Shown here piece after piece: positions 37,398 to 47,815 of a stretch of DNA of 64,000 nt. Within the stretch, counting starts at the first letter, position 1, and every line of letters starts with the position of its first letter. The notes below the pieces were generated by a model. That model did not search any database. It had not been told where the DNA came from and saw nothing but the letters and a program-made list of their open reading frames with translations. The stretch is taken from positions 896,001 to 960,000 of the forward strand of contig CBDAOY010000008.1 of the NCBI GenBank assembly GCA_965198225.1. Reading direction: 5' to 3'. This DNA comes from Terriglobia bacterium (GTDB lineage Bacteria; Acidobacteriota; Terriglobia; 20CM-2-55-15). The position numbers and the translations under genes were made by a program.

Positions 37398-40300
37398 TTG
37401 AAAACTGCTCAATCCGCGCAAAGCGAATTCGTCCACCTGCATCTTCATTCTGGATTCAGCCTGCTCGATGGGGCCTGCGACCACACTCGCCTGGCGCAGA
37501 TGGCCTCCGACTACAACATGCCGGCCGTTGCCGTTACCGATCACGGGAACCTGTTTGGTGCTATAGGCTTTCACGATGCCGCCGTAAAGCAGGGGGTCAA
37601 GCCGATCATCGGATGCGAGATGTACGTCGCAAAGTCCTCGCGCCACGATCGGGACCCCCGCACGGCGCGCCCGCATCATCTTATCGTCCTCTGCGAAAAC
37701 GCCACCGGCTACCAGAACCTGATAAAGCTCGTGTCGGCCGGCTATCTGGAAGGCTTCTATTACAAACCCCGGATCGACAAGGAAATCCTGGCCGCGCATA
37801 GCGAGGGTTTGATCGGCCTCTCGGGCTGTCTCAACGGAGAGGTGTCGGCGAACCTCCTGGCCAATCATTACGAAGTGGCGGAAGAGGCAGCGGGTGAACT
37901 TCGGGACATCTTCGGTCCGGATCGCTTCTTCCTGGAGGTTCAGGACCAGGGCCTGGCCAAACAGCGTCAGATCATTCCCGACATGCTCCGCATGGCCGAT
38001 CGGACAGGTATTCCCGCTGTTGCGACGAACGACTGTCACTACATGTGTCAGGACGACTCCCGGGCTCACGACGTCCTGCTCTGCATCCAGACCGGTAAAG
38101 CCGTCAACGATCCAAACCGGATGAAGTTTTACACGGATCAGTTCTACTTCAAGTCGCACGACGAGATGCACGCCGTGTTCGGGGACTATCCGGACCTGTT
38201 GCGTCGAACCGTGGACATCGCCGAACGCTGCCATGTCGAGCTGAAGAGCATCGACAATCCGTTTCCGGAATTCGACGTCCCCCCCGGTTTTACCGCCGAT
38301 TCCTACTTCGCGAAGGTTGCCCGCGATGGGTTCGAAGATCGTCTGGCACACCTGAAGCCGCTCGCGGATGCCGGTGGCCTGAAGCATCCGGTGTCTGAAT
38401 ACGAAAGGCGTCTCGAAGATGAGATCGGGATCATCCAGGGGATGAAGTACTCGGGATACTTCCTCATCGTGTGGGATCTGATCCGTTATTCCCGTGAAAA
38501 CGAGATTCCGGTAGGCCCTGGAAGAGGGTCGGCTGCCGGAAGCCTCGTGTCCTACTGTCTCCGGATCACGGATCTGGACCCCCTGCAGTACGGCTTGCTC
38601 TTCGAGCGCTTTCTCAACCCCGAACGTGTAACGCTGCCGGACATCGACATTGATTTCTGCATGAATCGCCGGGCCGAGGTCATCGAGTACGTCACTCAGA
38701 AGTACGGACGCGAGAATGTTTCGCAGATCATCACGTTTGGAACCATGGCCGCGCGTGGGGTCATCCGCGACACGGGGCGTGGGATGCAGATGCCGTACGC
38801 CGAGGTCGATCGGATCGCAAAGATGATCCCCCCCGAGCTTAACATCACCCTGGATCGCGCGATAGAGCAGAACAAAGACCTCAAGAATCTGGTGAATCGC
38901 GACGACAAGGTTCGCGACATCATGCAGGTTGCAAGGCGCCTTGAAGGTCTGGCCCGGCACGCGTCGATGCACGCTGCGGGAGTGGTGATATCTCCGAGAC
39001 CGCTGACCGAACTCGTCCCGCTCTACAAGTCCACCAAGGACGAGATCATGACGATGTATCCGATGACGGACGTGGAGAAGATCGGTCTTCTCAAGATGGA
39101 TTTTCTCGCCCTGACCACGCTCACGATCATCGACGACACGCTCAAGATGCTCCAGAAACAGGAAGCGCTCCTCCTGGACGTGGACGAGCTTCCTCTCGAC
39201 GACGAGAAGACGTACGAGTTGTTCGCCGACGGACTGACGAGCGGTGTCTTCCAGTTTGAAAGTTCGGGAATGAAAGACATCCTGCGCCGCTTCAAACCAT
39301 CCAGCATCGAGCACCTAACGGCACTGAACGCCCTCTACCGACCGGGCCCCATCGGCGGGGGGATGATCGCCGATTTCATCGAGAGAAAACACGGAAAGAA
39401 GAAGATCAGCTACGAACTGGCGGAGCTCGAGCCGATTCTCGAGGAGACCTACGGCGTGATCGTCTACCAGGAACAGGTCATGCAGATCGCAAACCTCATC
39501 GCCGGGTATTCGCTCGGCGAGGCCGATCTCCTGCGCCGGGCGATGGGCAAGAAGAAGGCCGCAGAGATGGCCGCTCAGCGACAGAAGTTCCGTGAAGGGG
39601 CTGCGGCCAAGGGTTTCTCCGACAAGAAAAAGATCGCCAAGCTCTTCGACCTGATGGAGCAGTTCGCCGGTTACGGATTCAACAAGTCCCACTCCGCCGC
39701 GTACGCCGTCCTCGCCTACCGGACCGGCTACCTGAAGGCTCACTACCCGAACTACTTTATGGCGGCCGTGCTCACCAGTGAGCGCGGCAATACCGACAAG
39801 ATCGTCAAGTACATCAACGAGTGCCGGGAGATGGGCATCCCCATTCTTCCGCCGGACGTAAACGTCAGCGATGTCGACTTCACGCCGACACCCGAAGGAA
39901 TCCGTTTCGGTCTGGCGGCCATCAAGAATGTCGGCGAGACGGCGATCCGCTCCATAGCTCGGAACAAGCCCTTCCGCTCCATTTTCGACCTGTGCGAGCG
40001 AGCCGATCTTCGAACCGTGAACAAGCGCGTTCTGGAGAGCTTGATCAAGGCAGGGGCCTTCGACAGCCTCGATATCGACCGGGCGTCCCTCTACAACAAC
40101 GTGGATCGGGCAATCGAATGGGGACAGAGGAAGCAGCATGAGGCCGAGGTCGGACAAGGAGGGCTCTTCGCGATGTTCGCCGATCCCGCCTCCGACGACA
40201 GGGACATGATGGCTCCAGCCGAGGCCTGGCCGGAATCGCTGAAACTAGCGCACGAGAAGGAGGCCCTGGGTTTCTATATCACGGGCCATCCCTTGCAACG

Positions 40301-40865
40301 ATTTCGGTCCGACGTCGAGACCTATGCTACGGCAAACACCTCGAGCCTGGCGTCGCGGACCGCCAACTCGGAAGTCGTCGTCGCGGGAATCGTCGCCAGC
40401 ACGCGAACGATGCGCACGAAGAAAGGAAATCGGATGGGCGTGGTGCTCCTTGAAGACCTGCAGGGCGTCGTCGAAGTGCTCGTGTTTCCCGACACCTTTG
40501 AGCGCACCGAAGAGCTGCTCCTGTCCGATGCCCCCGTTTTCGTGGTCGCGAAACTCGACAGCGACGAATCGACTCTGCGCCTGCTCGCCAGCGACATACT
40601 GCCGATGGACCGCGCCCGGGAGCACCTGAGCAAGCGAGTCACCGTTGCGATAGACGCCCAGGACGCACCGAAGGATCTCGCGGAACGCCTGCGTCCGATG
40701 ATCGAGGAAAAGACCGGCGATGCGGAACTCGTGTTCGAGCTCCGGTACTCGGGGCGGTACACCGCGTTCATCCGTCCCAACCCCTACCTCAAGGTGCGCC
40801 CTGATAGGGAGTTCGTCCATTTTCTGGAAGAGATTTGCGGCCGCGATGCGGTAAGGTTCAGCTGA
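37398..40865 (+). CDS. dnaE: DNA polymerase III alpha subunit
   Basis: HLHLHS..SLLDG, TDHGN, GRGSAAGS, PDIDIDF, YGFNKSH; TTG start with SD GAGG; no intein. Confidence 0.98.
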   Translation: MKTAQSAQSEFVHLHLHSGFSLLDGACDHTRLAQMASDYNMPAVAVTDHGNLFGAIGFHDAAVKQGVKPIIGCEMYVAKSSRHDRDPRTARPHHLIVLCENATGYQNLIKLVSAGYLEGFYYKPRIDKEILAAHSEGLIGLSGCLNGEVSANLLANHYEVAEEAAGELRDIFGPDRFFLEVQDQGLAKQRQIIPDMLRMADRTGIPAVATNDCHYMCQDDSRAHDVLLCIQTGKAVNDPNRMKFYTDQFYFKSHDEMHAVFGDYPDLLRRTVDIAERCHVELKSIDNPFPEFDVPPGFTADSYFAKVARDGFEDRLAHLKPLADAGGLKHPVSEYERRLEDEIGIIQGMKYSGYFLIVWDLIRYSRENEIPVGPGRGSAAGSLVSYCLRITDLDPLQYGLLFERFLNPERVTLPDIDIDFCMNRRAEVIEYVTQKYGRENVSQIITFGTMAARGVIRDTGRGMQMPYAEVDRIAKMIPPELNITLDRAIEQNKDLKNLVNRDDKVRDIMQVARRLEGLARHASMHAAGVVISPRPLTELVPLYKSTKDEIMTMYPMTDVEKIGLLKMDFLALTTLTIIDDTLKMLQKQEALLLDVDELPLDDEKTYELFADGLTSGVFQFESSGMKDILRRFKPSSIEHLTALNALYRPGPIGGGMIADFIERKHGKKKISYELAELEPILEETYGVIVYQEQVMQIANLIAGYSLGEADLLRRAMGKKKAAEMAAQRQKFREGAAAKGFSDKKKIAKLFDLMEQFAGYGFNKSHSAAYAVLAYRTGYLKAHYPNYFMAAVLTSERGNTDKIVKYINECREMGIPILPPDVNVSDVDFTPTPEGIRFGLAAIKNVGETAIRSIARNKPFRSIFDLCERADLRTVNKRVLESLIKAGAFDSLDIDRASLYNNVDRAIEWGQRKQHEAEVGQGGLFAMFADPASDDRDMMAPAEAWPESLKLAHEKEALGFYITGHPLQRFRSDVETYATANTSSLASRTANSEVVVAGIVASTRTMRTKKGNRMGVVLLEDLQGVVEVLVFPDTFERTEELLLSDAPVFVVAKLDSDESTLRLLASDILPMDRAREHLSKRVTVAIDAQDAPKDLAERLRPMIEEKTGDAELVFELRYSGRYTAFIRPNPYLKVRPDREFVHFLEEICGRDAVRFS

Positions 40866-41806
40866 TGAGCAAGGCCCGGGATGAGACGCTGGAGCGGCTC
40901 GAGCGCGAACTCCATGAGTTGGAGCGATTGCCGGCATCTCCCGGCACCGAGGACCGCGCCCGGCTCGAGTCCCAGATTGCGCAGCTTCGGCAGGACATTC
41001 TCGACAAGATGAGCGCCTACGAGAAGGTTCAACTGGCGCGTCACCCGCAACGTCCCTATTTTCTCGATTACGTCGACCTCATCTTCACCGAGTTCGAAGA
41101 ATGGCACGGTGACAGGAACTTCGGGGACGATCCGGCAATCGTCACCGGATTCGCCCTGTTCAACGATGAACCGGTCTGCGTCCTCGGACAGCAGAAAGGG
41201 AGAGACACGAAACAGAAGCTGCACCGCAACTTCGGCATGCCGAAACCCGAGGGTTACCGGAAGGCGATCCGGATCATGAAGCTTGCGGAGAAGTTTTCCC
41301 GCCCCGTCCTGACCTTCATCGACACCCCGGGGGCCTATCCTGGGATCGACGCGGAGGAACGGGGCCAAGCGGAGGCGATCGCCTTCAACCTGAGGGAGAT
41401 GGCAAGCCTGAAGGTACCGATCATCGTGACGGTCACCGGGGAGGGCGGCTCGGGCGGGGCGCTGGCCATCGGTGTCGGCGATCGGGTCAACATCCTACAG
41501 TTTTCGATCTATTCCGTGATCGCACCCGAAAGCTGCTCCGCGATCCTTTGGCGGGATCAGCAACACGCCGCAGAGGCGGCCGAAGCCTTGAAGCTGACAC
41601 CGGAGGACCTGAAGCGGCTGAACCTCGTCGACGAGATCGTACCCGAACCGAACGGGGGCGCCCAGAACGACCCGGCCGAGATGGCGGAAACGCTCCGACG
41701 ATTGTTCGAACGCCAGCTGGGAGAACTGCGGACAGCTCGGATCGCGGACACACTGGAGGAACGCTACCGAAAATTCCGCAGAATGGGAGTCTTCGGGGAG
41801 AGCTAG
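40865..41806 (+). CDS. accA: Acetyl-CoA carboxylase carboxyltransferase alpha
   Basis: ARHPQRP, NFGMPKPEGYRKA, DTPGAYPG, GEGGSGGA. Confidence 0.97.
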   Translation: MSKARDETLERLERELHELERLPASPGTEDRARLESQIAQLRQDILDKMSAYEKVQLARHPQRPYFLDYVDLIFTEFEEWHGDRNFGDDPAIVTGFALFNDEPVCVLGQQKGRDTKQKLHRNFGMPKPEGYRKAIRIMKLAEKFSRPVLTFIDTPGAYPGIDAEERGQAEAIAFNLREMASLKVPIIVTVTGEGGSGGALAIGVGDRVNILQFSIYSVIAPESCSAILWRDQQHAAEAAEALKLTPEDLKRLNLVDEIVPEPNGGAQNDPAEMAETLRRLFERQLGELRTARIADTLEERYRKFRRMGVFGES

Positions 41807-41989
41807 TGACCTGTAACAGTGCTATCGGTACCAGCGTTCGGCCGAACCCTTCGGGCCGATGGGGGTTGCGGGCGATCTCTTTGTCGGAAGCCGTCACCGA
41901 TGAAAGAGCATCGCTTTCCGTCTCCCTCCTCGACCTTGCCCGCAAGACCCATCGGCGATGGTGCCGATAGCACTGTTGCAGGCCACTAA
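41803..41989. mobile_element. MITE-like element with ~30-bp imperfect terminal inverted repeats
   Basis: CTAGTGACCTGTAACAGTGCTATCGGTACCA ... TGGTGCCGATAGCACTGTTGCAGGCCACTAA. Confidence 0.7.
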
Positions 41990-42114
41990 TGATCGCCCGA
42001 GTGAAGGTTTTCTTCGCCCCTCTTGACGGCCGCAATGCTGATCGCGATCGTCAGGACGACGATCGGCGCCAGAATCAAGGCCCCGGTGCCGATCGCGGCA
42101 AAAACATCCGACAT
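41986..42114 (-). CDS. 42-aa single-TM small protein (not in the ORF track)
   Basis: MSDVFAAIGTGALILAPIVVLTIAISIAAVKRGEENLHSGDH*; strong SD AAAAGGAGGT. Confidence 0.65.
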   Translation of the reverse strand: MSDVFAAIGTGALILAPIVVLTIAISIAAVKRGEENLHSGDH

Positions 42115-42243
42115 CCAACCTCCTTTTCAGTCGTCGTCAAGCCTCGACGACGTCAACCATGATCCCAGAAAACCGTTTTTCCGACAACTCGCATCGGAGG
42201 ATGGCGTCGGACCTCCGAGTCACGAACGCGTGGAGTGCCCAAT

Positions 42244-42292
42244 GCTTTGTATTGTAAAGCGCTTGACTAAAACAAGGAGGGCGCGCTAACTT
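42244..42292 (+). promoter_or_regulatory. Putative operator GCTTT-N7-AAAGC plus TTGACT-N18-TAACTT promoter
   Basis: Dyad at 42244-42260 just upstream of the -35 of the membrane protein/wHTH operon. Confidence 0.5.
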
Positions 42293-42299
42293 GGGTTTC

Positions 42300-42914
42300 A
42301 TGTCGTCCCCTTTTCCCAAGCGCGAAGCTCCGCCCGAGCCCGCGCCAATCGAACGGAAGGCCGCGGCGGACCTCCACTACATCCGGCAGACGATGGAGCG
42401 CGCCACTGCGTTTACCGCCGTGCCGGGTTGGGGTGGTGTCGTTATGGGAGTCGCCGCGTGCACGGCGGCCTTCGTCGCCAGCAGCACGTCCACCCCACAG
42501 GCCTGGACGCTGACGTGGATTGCGGCCGCGGTCATCGCGATGGGAATAGGGGCGTGGGCGATGAACCGAAAAGCCATGCTGGTCAACATGCCACTCCGCA
42601 GCGCTCCCGGGCGGCGCTTTGTCATGAGCCTCCTGCCCCCGATGATTGCGGCTGCCGTGATCACTCTGGCGCTGTACAGCTCCGGTGGGATCGAGTTTCT
42701 GCCGGGACTCTGGCTGCTGCTTTACGGAGCAGGCGTCGTCAGCGGCGGAACGTACTCCGTTCGAGTGGTACCGATCATGGGGGTCTGCTTCATGGCCCTG
42801 GGAGCCGCTGCGGTGTTTGCTCCTTTCGAGGTCGGGAAATGGTTGATGGTGGCCGGATTTGGCGGCCTCCACGTGACTTTCGGTTGGATCATCGCGAGGA
42901 GGTACGGTGGCTAG
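42300..42914 (+). CDS. Six-TM membrane protein paired with a wHTH regulator
   Basis: DLHYIRQTMER, WLLLYG, GFGGLHVTFG..IARRYGG. Confidence 0.8.
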   Translation: MSSPFPKREAPPEPAPIERKAAADLHYIRQTMERATAFTAVPGWGGVVMGVAACTAAFVASSTSTPQAWTLTWIAAAVIAMGIGAWAMNRKAMLVNMPLRSAPGRRFVMSLLPPMIAAAVITLALYSSGGIEFLPGLWLLLYGAGVVSGGTYSVRVVPIMGVCFMALGAAAVFAPFEVGKWLMVAGFGGLHVTFGWIIARRYGG

Positions 42915-43290
42915 ACGAAGCCTGTCGGCCGAGCGAAAGACACGGCCGAGCACGAAGAAACTGAAAAACGCGGTACGGCTGACGCCCCAACGTCAGGCTT
43001 CCGAACTCGATCGCGTGATTCACGAACCTGTCCGACTCGGGATCGTCAGCGCGCTGGCAGTCAACGCGTCGATGTCGTTCCGGGATTTGAAGGAACTGCT
43101 CAACACGACCGACGGTAACCTCAGCGTCCATGCCAGAAAGCTGGAGGATGCCGCCTACATCGCCTGCACCAAGCACTTCGAGGGCCGAACCCCGAAGACG
43201 GAGTTCCAGATAACAGCCGGGGGGCGGAAGGCTCTGGAGAGCTACCTCGACCACATGGATGCGCTCATCCGGGCGACCCGGCGGGGTTGA
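42907..43290 (+). CDS. Winged-helix transcriptional regulator (HTH_34/MarR-like)
   Basis: LDRVIHEPVRLGIVSAL, TDGNLSVHARKLE, GRTPKT. Confidence 0.9.
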   Translation: MARRSLSAERKTRPSTKKLKNAVRLTPQRQASELDRVIHEPVRLGIVSALAVNASMSFRDLKELLNTTDGNLSVHARKLEDAAYIACTKHFEGRTPKTEFQITAGGRKALESYLDHMDALIRATRRG

Positions 43291-43378
43291 ATAGCTGGAT
43301 CCGGTCCGCTCCCGAAACTCGATGTTGGTCGTCCAAAACTTGAGAGTCCGGATTCCTTCACCGCGTGACGTTGTTCAC

Positions 43379-43444
43379 CGCAAAGGCGCGAAGGCGCAAA
43401 GAATTTGATCTCTTGTCCCGACCTTTGCGTCCTTGCGCCTTTGC
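43379..43444. repeat. Intergenic imperfect palindromic repeat
   Basis: CGCAAAGGCGCGAAGGCGCAAAG ... CTTTGCGTCCTTGCGCCTTTGC. Confidence 0.7.
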
Positions 43445-43572
43445 AGTAGAAATCCCCTCCGGCGTGCTGCTCTGGGGGTGAATGGTCGGAAGCCAACGGG
43501 CGAAGCCTTTGTTCACGATCGGCTTCCGCCGATGGTAAGATATCGAGACACACACCTCAACGAGGAGAGGAC

Positions 43573-44556
43573 ATGCTGATCAGACGGCCCGAGGACATCA
43601 AGTCTTCAGAAATCACCGATGAGAAACTCTACGGGAATCGGCGTCAGTTCCTGAGAGCGGCGGGGATCGCGACGATCGCCTCAGCGGCTGGCGTGATCGT
43701 GCCGGCGGGTTGTGCCGGCCCTTCCGAATCGGAAGCTTCCACCCGCAGCCCTCAAAACGCCGGTTCTCCGAGTCGCGTCGAGCCGGGGACCTACGACACG
43801 GACGAAGAAAAGAGCCCCTATGAGATGGTCACCGGGTACAACAACTTCTACGAATTCGGCGTCGACAAGCTGGATCCCGCCAAAAACGCGGGAACGTTGC
43901 GGCCGCGACCGTGGAAGGTGAAGGTCGAAGGTCTGGTGAACAAACCGGCCACCTGGGACGTGGATGATCTTCTGTCGGGCTTCACGATGGAGGATCGCGT
44001 TTATCGGATGCGGTGCGTCGAAGGCTGGTCGATGGTCATCCCCTGGTATGGATTCCCTCTGTCGGCGTTGATCGACAAACTCGAACCCCTCCCCAGTGCC
44101 AAATACATCAGGATGGAAACCCTTTACGACACGGATCAGATGCCCGGCCAGAGGCGCGCGGTACTGGACTGGCCTTACGTCGAGGGGCTGCGGATGGACG
44201 AGGCGATGAACCCGTTGACGCTGATGGCCGTCGGGGTCTACGGCAAGGAGGGTCCGAACCAGAACGGGGCTCCGATCCGCGTCGTCATCCCGTGGAAGTA
44301 CGGGTTCAAAGGTGTCAAGTCGATCGTCAACATCAGTTTCGAGGAAAAACAGCCCTTGAACACCTGGCAGGCTCAGGCCGCGCACGAGTACGGCTTCTTC
44401 GCCAACGTGAACCCCGATGTCGACCATCCCCGTTGGACTCAGGCCCGGGAGAGGCGGCTTGGAGAGTTCTTCAAACGGGAGACGTTGATGTTCAACGGCT
44501 ATGGCGAGCACGTCGCCCACATGTACGCGGGCATGGACCTCCGGAAGTACTACTAG
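43573..44556 (+). CDS. msrP: Protein-methionine-sulfoxide reductase catalytic subunit
   Basis: Tat [41 protein letters not shown]. Confidence 0.97.
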   Translation: MLIRRPEDIKSSEITDEKLYGNRRQFLRAAGIATIASAAGVIVPAGCAGPSESEASTRSPQNAGSPSRVEPGTYDTDEEKSPYEMVTGYNNFYEFGVDKLDPAKNAGTLRPRPWKVKVEGLVNKPATWDVDDLLSGFTMEDRVYRMRCVEGWSMVIPWYGFPLSALIDKLEPLPSAKYIRMETLYDTDQMPGQRRAVLDWPYVEGLRMDEAMNPLTLMAVGVYGKEGPNQNGAPIRVVIPWKYGFKGVKSIVNISFEEKQPLNTWQAQAAHEYGFFANVNPDVDHPRWTQARERRLGEFFKRETLMFNGYGEHVAHMYAGMDLRKYY

Positions 44557-44560
44557 CCCC

Positions 44561-45202
44561 ATGACTCCAGACCGGCTTCGCAAATTCGTGCTGAAGCCGG
44601 TCGTGTTTCTCCTCTGCCTGCTGCCACTGGGTCTTCTCACCTGGAACGCCTTCACGGGCGGCCTCACCGCCAACCCGATCGAAGACATAACCCACGCGAC
44701 CGGCCGCTGGACTCTTCGGTTTCTCCTGATCACTCTGGCGATCCGGCCGCTGCGCCAGATCACGGGTTGGAATCAGCTGATCCGGTTCCGGAGGATGGTC
44801 GGCCTTTTCGCCTTCTTTCACGGCGTGCTCCATCTCATAACCTACCTCTGGCTGGACCAGTTTTTCGACATGGAGGCAATCCTCAAGGACATCCCTCAAC
44901 GTCCTTTCATCACCGCGGGCTTCACCGGATTCGTCTTGATGTTGCCGCTTGCGATCACATCCACGAAAAAATGGATCGGAAGGCTGGGAGGGAAGCGCTG
45001 GCAGCTACTTCACCGCCTGATCTACGTGAGCTCGGCGGCAGGGGTCATCCATTACCTCTGGCTTGTAAAGGCCGACACGTTGAGACCTTTGACCTACGGA
45101 GCCATCCTGTCGGTGCTTCTGCTTTTTCGCCTCGTTGTGTACCTGAAGCCCCAGATCATTATTTCCAGCCGCGCGGCTAAGGCAGAGCGGGCGGAGGCCT
45201 AG
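44561..45202 (+). CDS. msrQ: Protein-methionine-sulfoxide reductase heme subunit
   Basis: TGRW, RRMVGL, PLAITS, WQLLHRLIY. Confidence 0.95.
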   Translation: MTPDRLRKFVLKPVVFLLCLLPLGLLTWNAFTGGLTANPIEDITHATGRWTLRFLLITLAIRPLRQITGWNQLIRFRRMVGLFAFFHGVLHLITYLWLDQFFDMEAILKDIPQRPFITAGFTGFVLMLPLAITSTKKWIGRLGGKRWQLLHRLIYVSSAAGVIHYLWLVKADTLRPLTYGAILSVLLLFRLVVYLKPQIIISSRAAKAERAEA

Positions 45203-45203
45203 C

Positions 45204-46463
45204 TCAGCTATAGCTAGTAGAGAAGAAGGCCACAGATTTCACAGCGCCGATGGCTTCCAGGTTCGAGCTGCGGGAGGAGCCCTTTTCTGCTTCGCTCTTT
45301 GGGTCACGACCGGCAAGGCCGTAAGCGATTTTCACCAACGCTGCAGCGAGAGCGGACGGGTCGTTCGTGACCTCGCCGGCAAATCGGTCGGCATGGTATT
45401 CCAGGGTTCGCGAGAACCACAGCACGGCATATTCGCTGACGATGTAGAGGATGTAGGCGGCGATCGCGATATAGATGGCTCCGCCGCCTCCCTTCTTGTT
45501 GCCGCTCTTGGATCCTCCCGAGTCGACCGTTGCTCGAAAAATGTAGTAGAGCAGCAGGGGAACCAGCTGGGCGATCGTCATCAGGAACATGTCCCAGTGG
45601 ATGGCATGACCATTTCATGCGCGACCACGGACTCGGCTTCGCCTTCGTCGAGGATTTCCAGAAGACCGCGAGAGATGACGATCCGGGCGTTGTTGGGCCG
45701 ATGCCCGTACGTGAAGGCTTGGGGGGCGCGGTCGTCGATGATGCCGAAACTGGGGAACCGGATCTCTTGTCTTTCGAAACCCGTTCGATGAAGCTGCGCA
45801 GATGGTTCGGCAGTCGCGCCGGGCTGACCCACTCCATCCGGTACAGCGAGCGCAGAGACAGGTCCACCAAGAAAGGGCCGAAGACGAATTGAATCACGAC
45901 GACCATGACCCCGACCGCCACGACGAGGGGGACCGGCACACCACCGAATTCGGCGATCGTGATCAGGACAAGACCCAGAATCGTGTACAGGCCGATCAAG
46001 GTCGCCACGGAGCGCACGAACAGGTTCGGGAGCCCGAGCATCCCCGCACGGATCCGAGCGTGGCGGTTCGCCTCAGCTGAAGAATCCGGCCCGGCCGGGC
46101 CTGATCCAGCGCTCGCCGGATCGAGATCGAGTTTCAGGGCGCCCTCCGCCTCCAGGATCGAACGGAGTTCTCCTCCATCGAACCAGAGCCCTCCTGAACC
46201 AGGACAGTGATTCACTTGCGGGCCCCCGGGTAGGTGATGACTTCCATCGCCTCGTCGGTCCTCGGGGAGCGTTTCAACGTGGGTACCCGTCGTTCCAGGG
46301 CCCGGTCCCGCTTCTCGGCCATCGCGCCCGGGTCTCTTGAAAAGAGCAACAGTTCGCCCCGGTCCAGCCACACGCCCTGGCATGAATCGCAGTATTCCAC
46401 CTCGACTCCCTGTCGGGTCAGGACCGGGCGGAGATCGATGCCGTCACAGTTTGGACACTTCAC
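45204..46463 (-). pseudogene. Zn-ribbon + HtpX-like M48 metalloprotease, frameshifted three times and 3'-truncated
   Basis: CPNC..CDSC.GVWLD zinc ribbon; PQAFTYG; HEM(G)HAIH; WFSRTLEYHAD; fragments lie in different frames. Confidence 0.82.
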
Positions 46464-47724
46464 GGGCAACTCTCCGGTCGGAGATGTGTCGCACACGCAA
46501 GGACAAACTCACCAGGAAGCCTAGAGCCAGGATCGCGCCGAGCATGCCGACTGGCCAGAACTCGCCCCCCGGACCGGCTGCCCGGACGTAGTCGACAGCC
46601 AGACCCAACAACGGTGCCATCCCCATCGTCGCAAGACGTCGGCCCTGGCTCTCGACGCTGAGCAGCGTCGCCCCCTGGGTATCGTTGCCTGCCGCATCAA
46701 AGCGGCTGATGAGGACGGGCCTCCAGAAGTTCTGGAGGGTGTGAAGCAGGACGAAGGCCGCAATAACCGACCAGAGAATCTCCAGGTAGGCCGAAACGGA
46801 CATGGTGCCAAAGACGACCAGCGCCATTCCCCACATGAGAAAGGCTGCGCGATCCTCGCTTCCCGCTGAATCCACGAAGCGATGAGCATGCCGACTGGCG
46901 GTTGCCGAAAGCAGGTAGAGGACCAGGTAGACCGGCGCCACGAGCAGGGAAGCACGCTGGGCGTCGCTCAGGCCCGACAGCTCCACAAACCCTGTGGTCG
47001 CAGACACTGCGGCGACCATCAATACCGGTTGAATGTAATCCTTGACTGCATGAAAGGCGCCTTCGAAACCCATCGATTCAAACAGGAGCCGGCGCAAGGG
47101 CCGCTCCCGAAGCGTTGTGCCCACTGCGCTCGACAGATGCCGGACGACCGCCGACGGTGATCCGGGCACCGAAACTTCATCGAGCTCGGGAGGATAGCCC
47201 AGGAAGTTGACGATGCTGAACAGATAGGGAATCGTCGCGAAGTAGAAGATCGTCACGTAGCTGTCGCTGGTGAAGACGAACACGCCCGCAAGCACGACCG
47301 AAACCGCGGAGCCCAGTTTGCTCCAGGACCGTGTGTAGCCGTAGTAGCGTGTTCGCTCCTCCACTCGGCCCTGAAGCTTCAGCCAGGAGAAGATCATCGC
47401 CTTGTGGGTGCCGGTCCGGAAGGCCTCACCGATCCCGAACAGCAGCATCGCGGGGAGGAGCAGGACCACTCGTTCGGCAGCGGCGAAGATCAGGAAGCTG
47501 CCCAGGTAGGCGACGAAGGACAGCATCATCGATTTGCGCCGTCCGTAGACGTCGGCGATCGCCCCTGAGGGAACTTCCAAAGCTACGACGGTGATCTCCC
47601 GGAAGGCGATCAGGAGTCCTATTTCGAAAAACGTGAGTCCCTTTTCGAGAAACGCCAGGATCAAAAACGGTTCGAAATACCGCTGGTTCTTCAGGAAGCC
47701 GTACAGACTGAAGCGAAAGAGCAC
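46444..47724 (-). CDS. MFS transporter
   Basis: EVPSGAIADVYGRRKS motif A, ~12 TM. Confidence 0.88.
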   Translation of the reverse strand: MLFRFSLYGFLKNQRYFEPFLILAFLEKGLTFFEIGLLIAFREITVVALEVPSGAIADVYGRRKSMMLSFVAYLGSFLIFAAAERVVLLLPAMLLFGIGEAFRTGTHKAMIFSWLKLQGRVEERTRYYGYTRSWSKLGSAVSVVLAGVFVFTSDSYVTIFYFATIPYLFSIVNFLGYPPELDEVSVPGSPSAVVRHLSSAVGTTLRERPLRRLLFESMGFEGAFHAVKDYIQPVLMVAAVSATTGFVELSGLSDAQRASLLVAPVYLVLYLLSATASRHAHRFVDSAGSEDRAAFLMWGMALVVFGTMSVSAYLEILWSVIAAFVLLHTLQNFWRPVLISRFDAAGNDTQGATLLSVESQGRRLATMGMAPLLGLAVDYVRAAGPGGEFWPVGMLGAILALGFLVSLSLRVRHISDRRVAREVSKL

Positions 47725-47815
47725 TAGGAAACCGATGGTAGCAGATGTGGATGTTCGACAGCGCTGTGCGCTCTCGTTCGGTTATTCCGACCGGACCCCA
47801 TCCGGTTTCGTTTCG

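Noticed and set aside
37365-39314. 649-aa minus-strand ORF
   Set aside because: Antisense shadow of dnaE
37398-40865. Intein in DnaE
   Set aside because: Normal length and continuous motifs; no intein signature
42287-42300. TAACTT-N7-ATG as another leaderless start
   Set aside because: Ambiguous: AGGAGG 10 nt before the in-frame TTG at 42291 gives an SD-led alternative, so it was left out of the count
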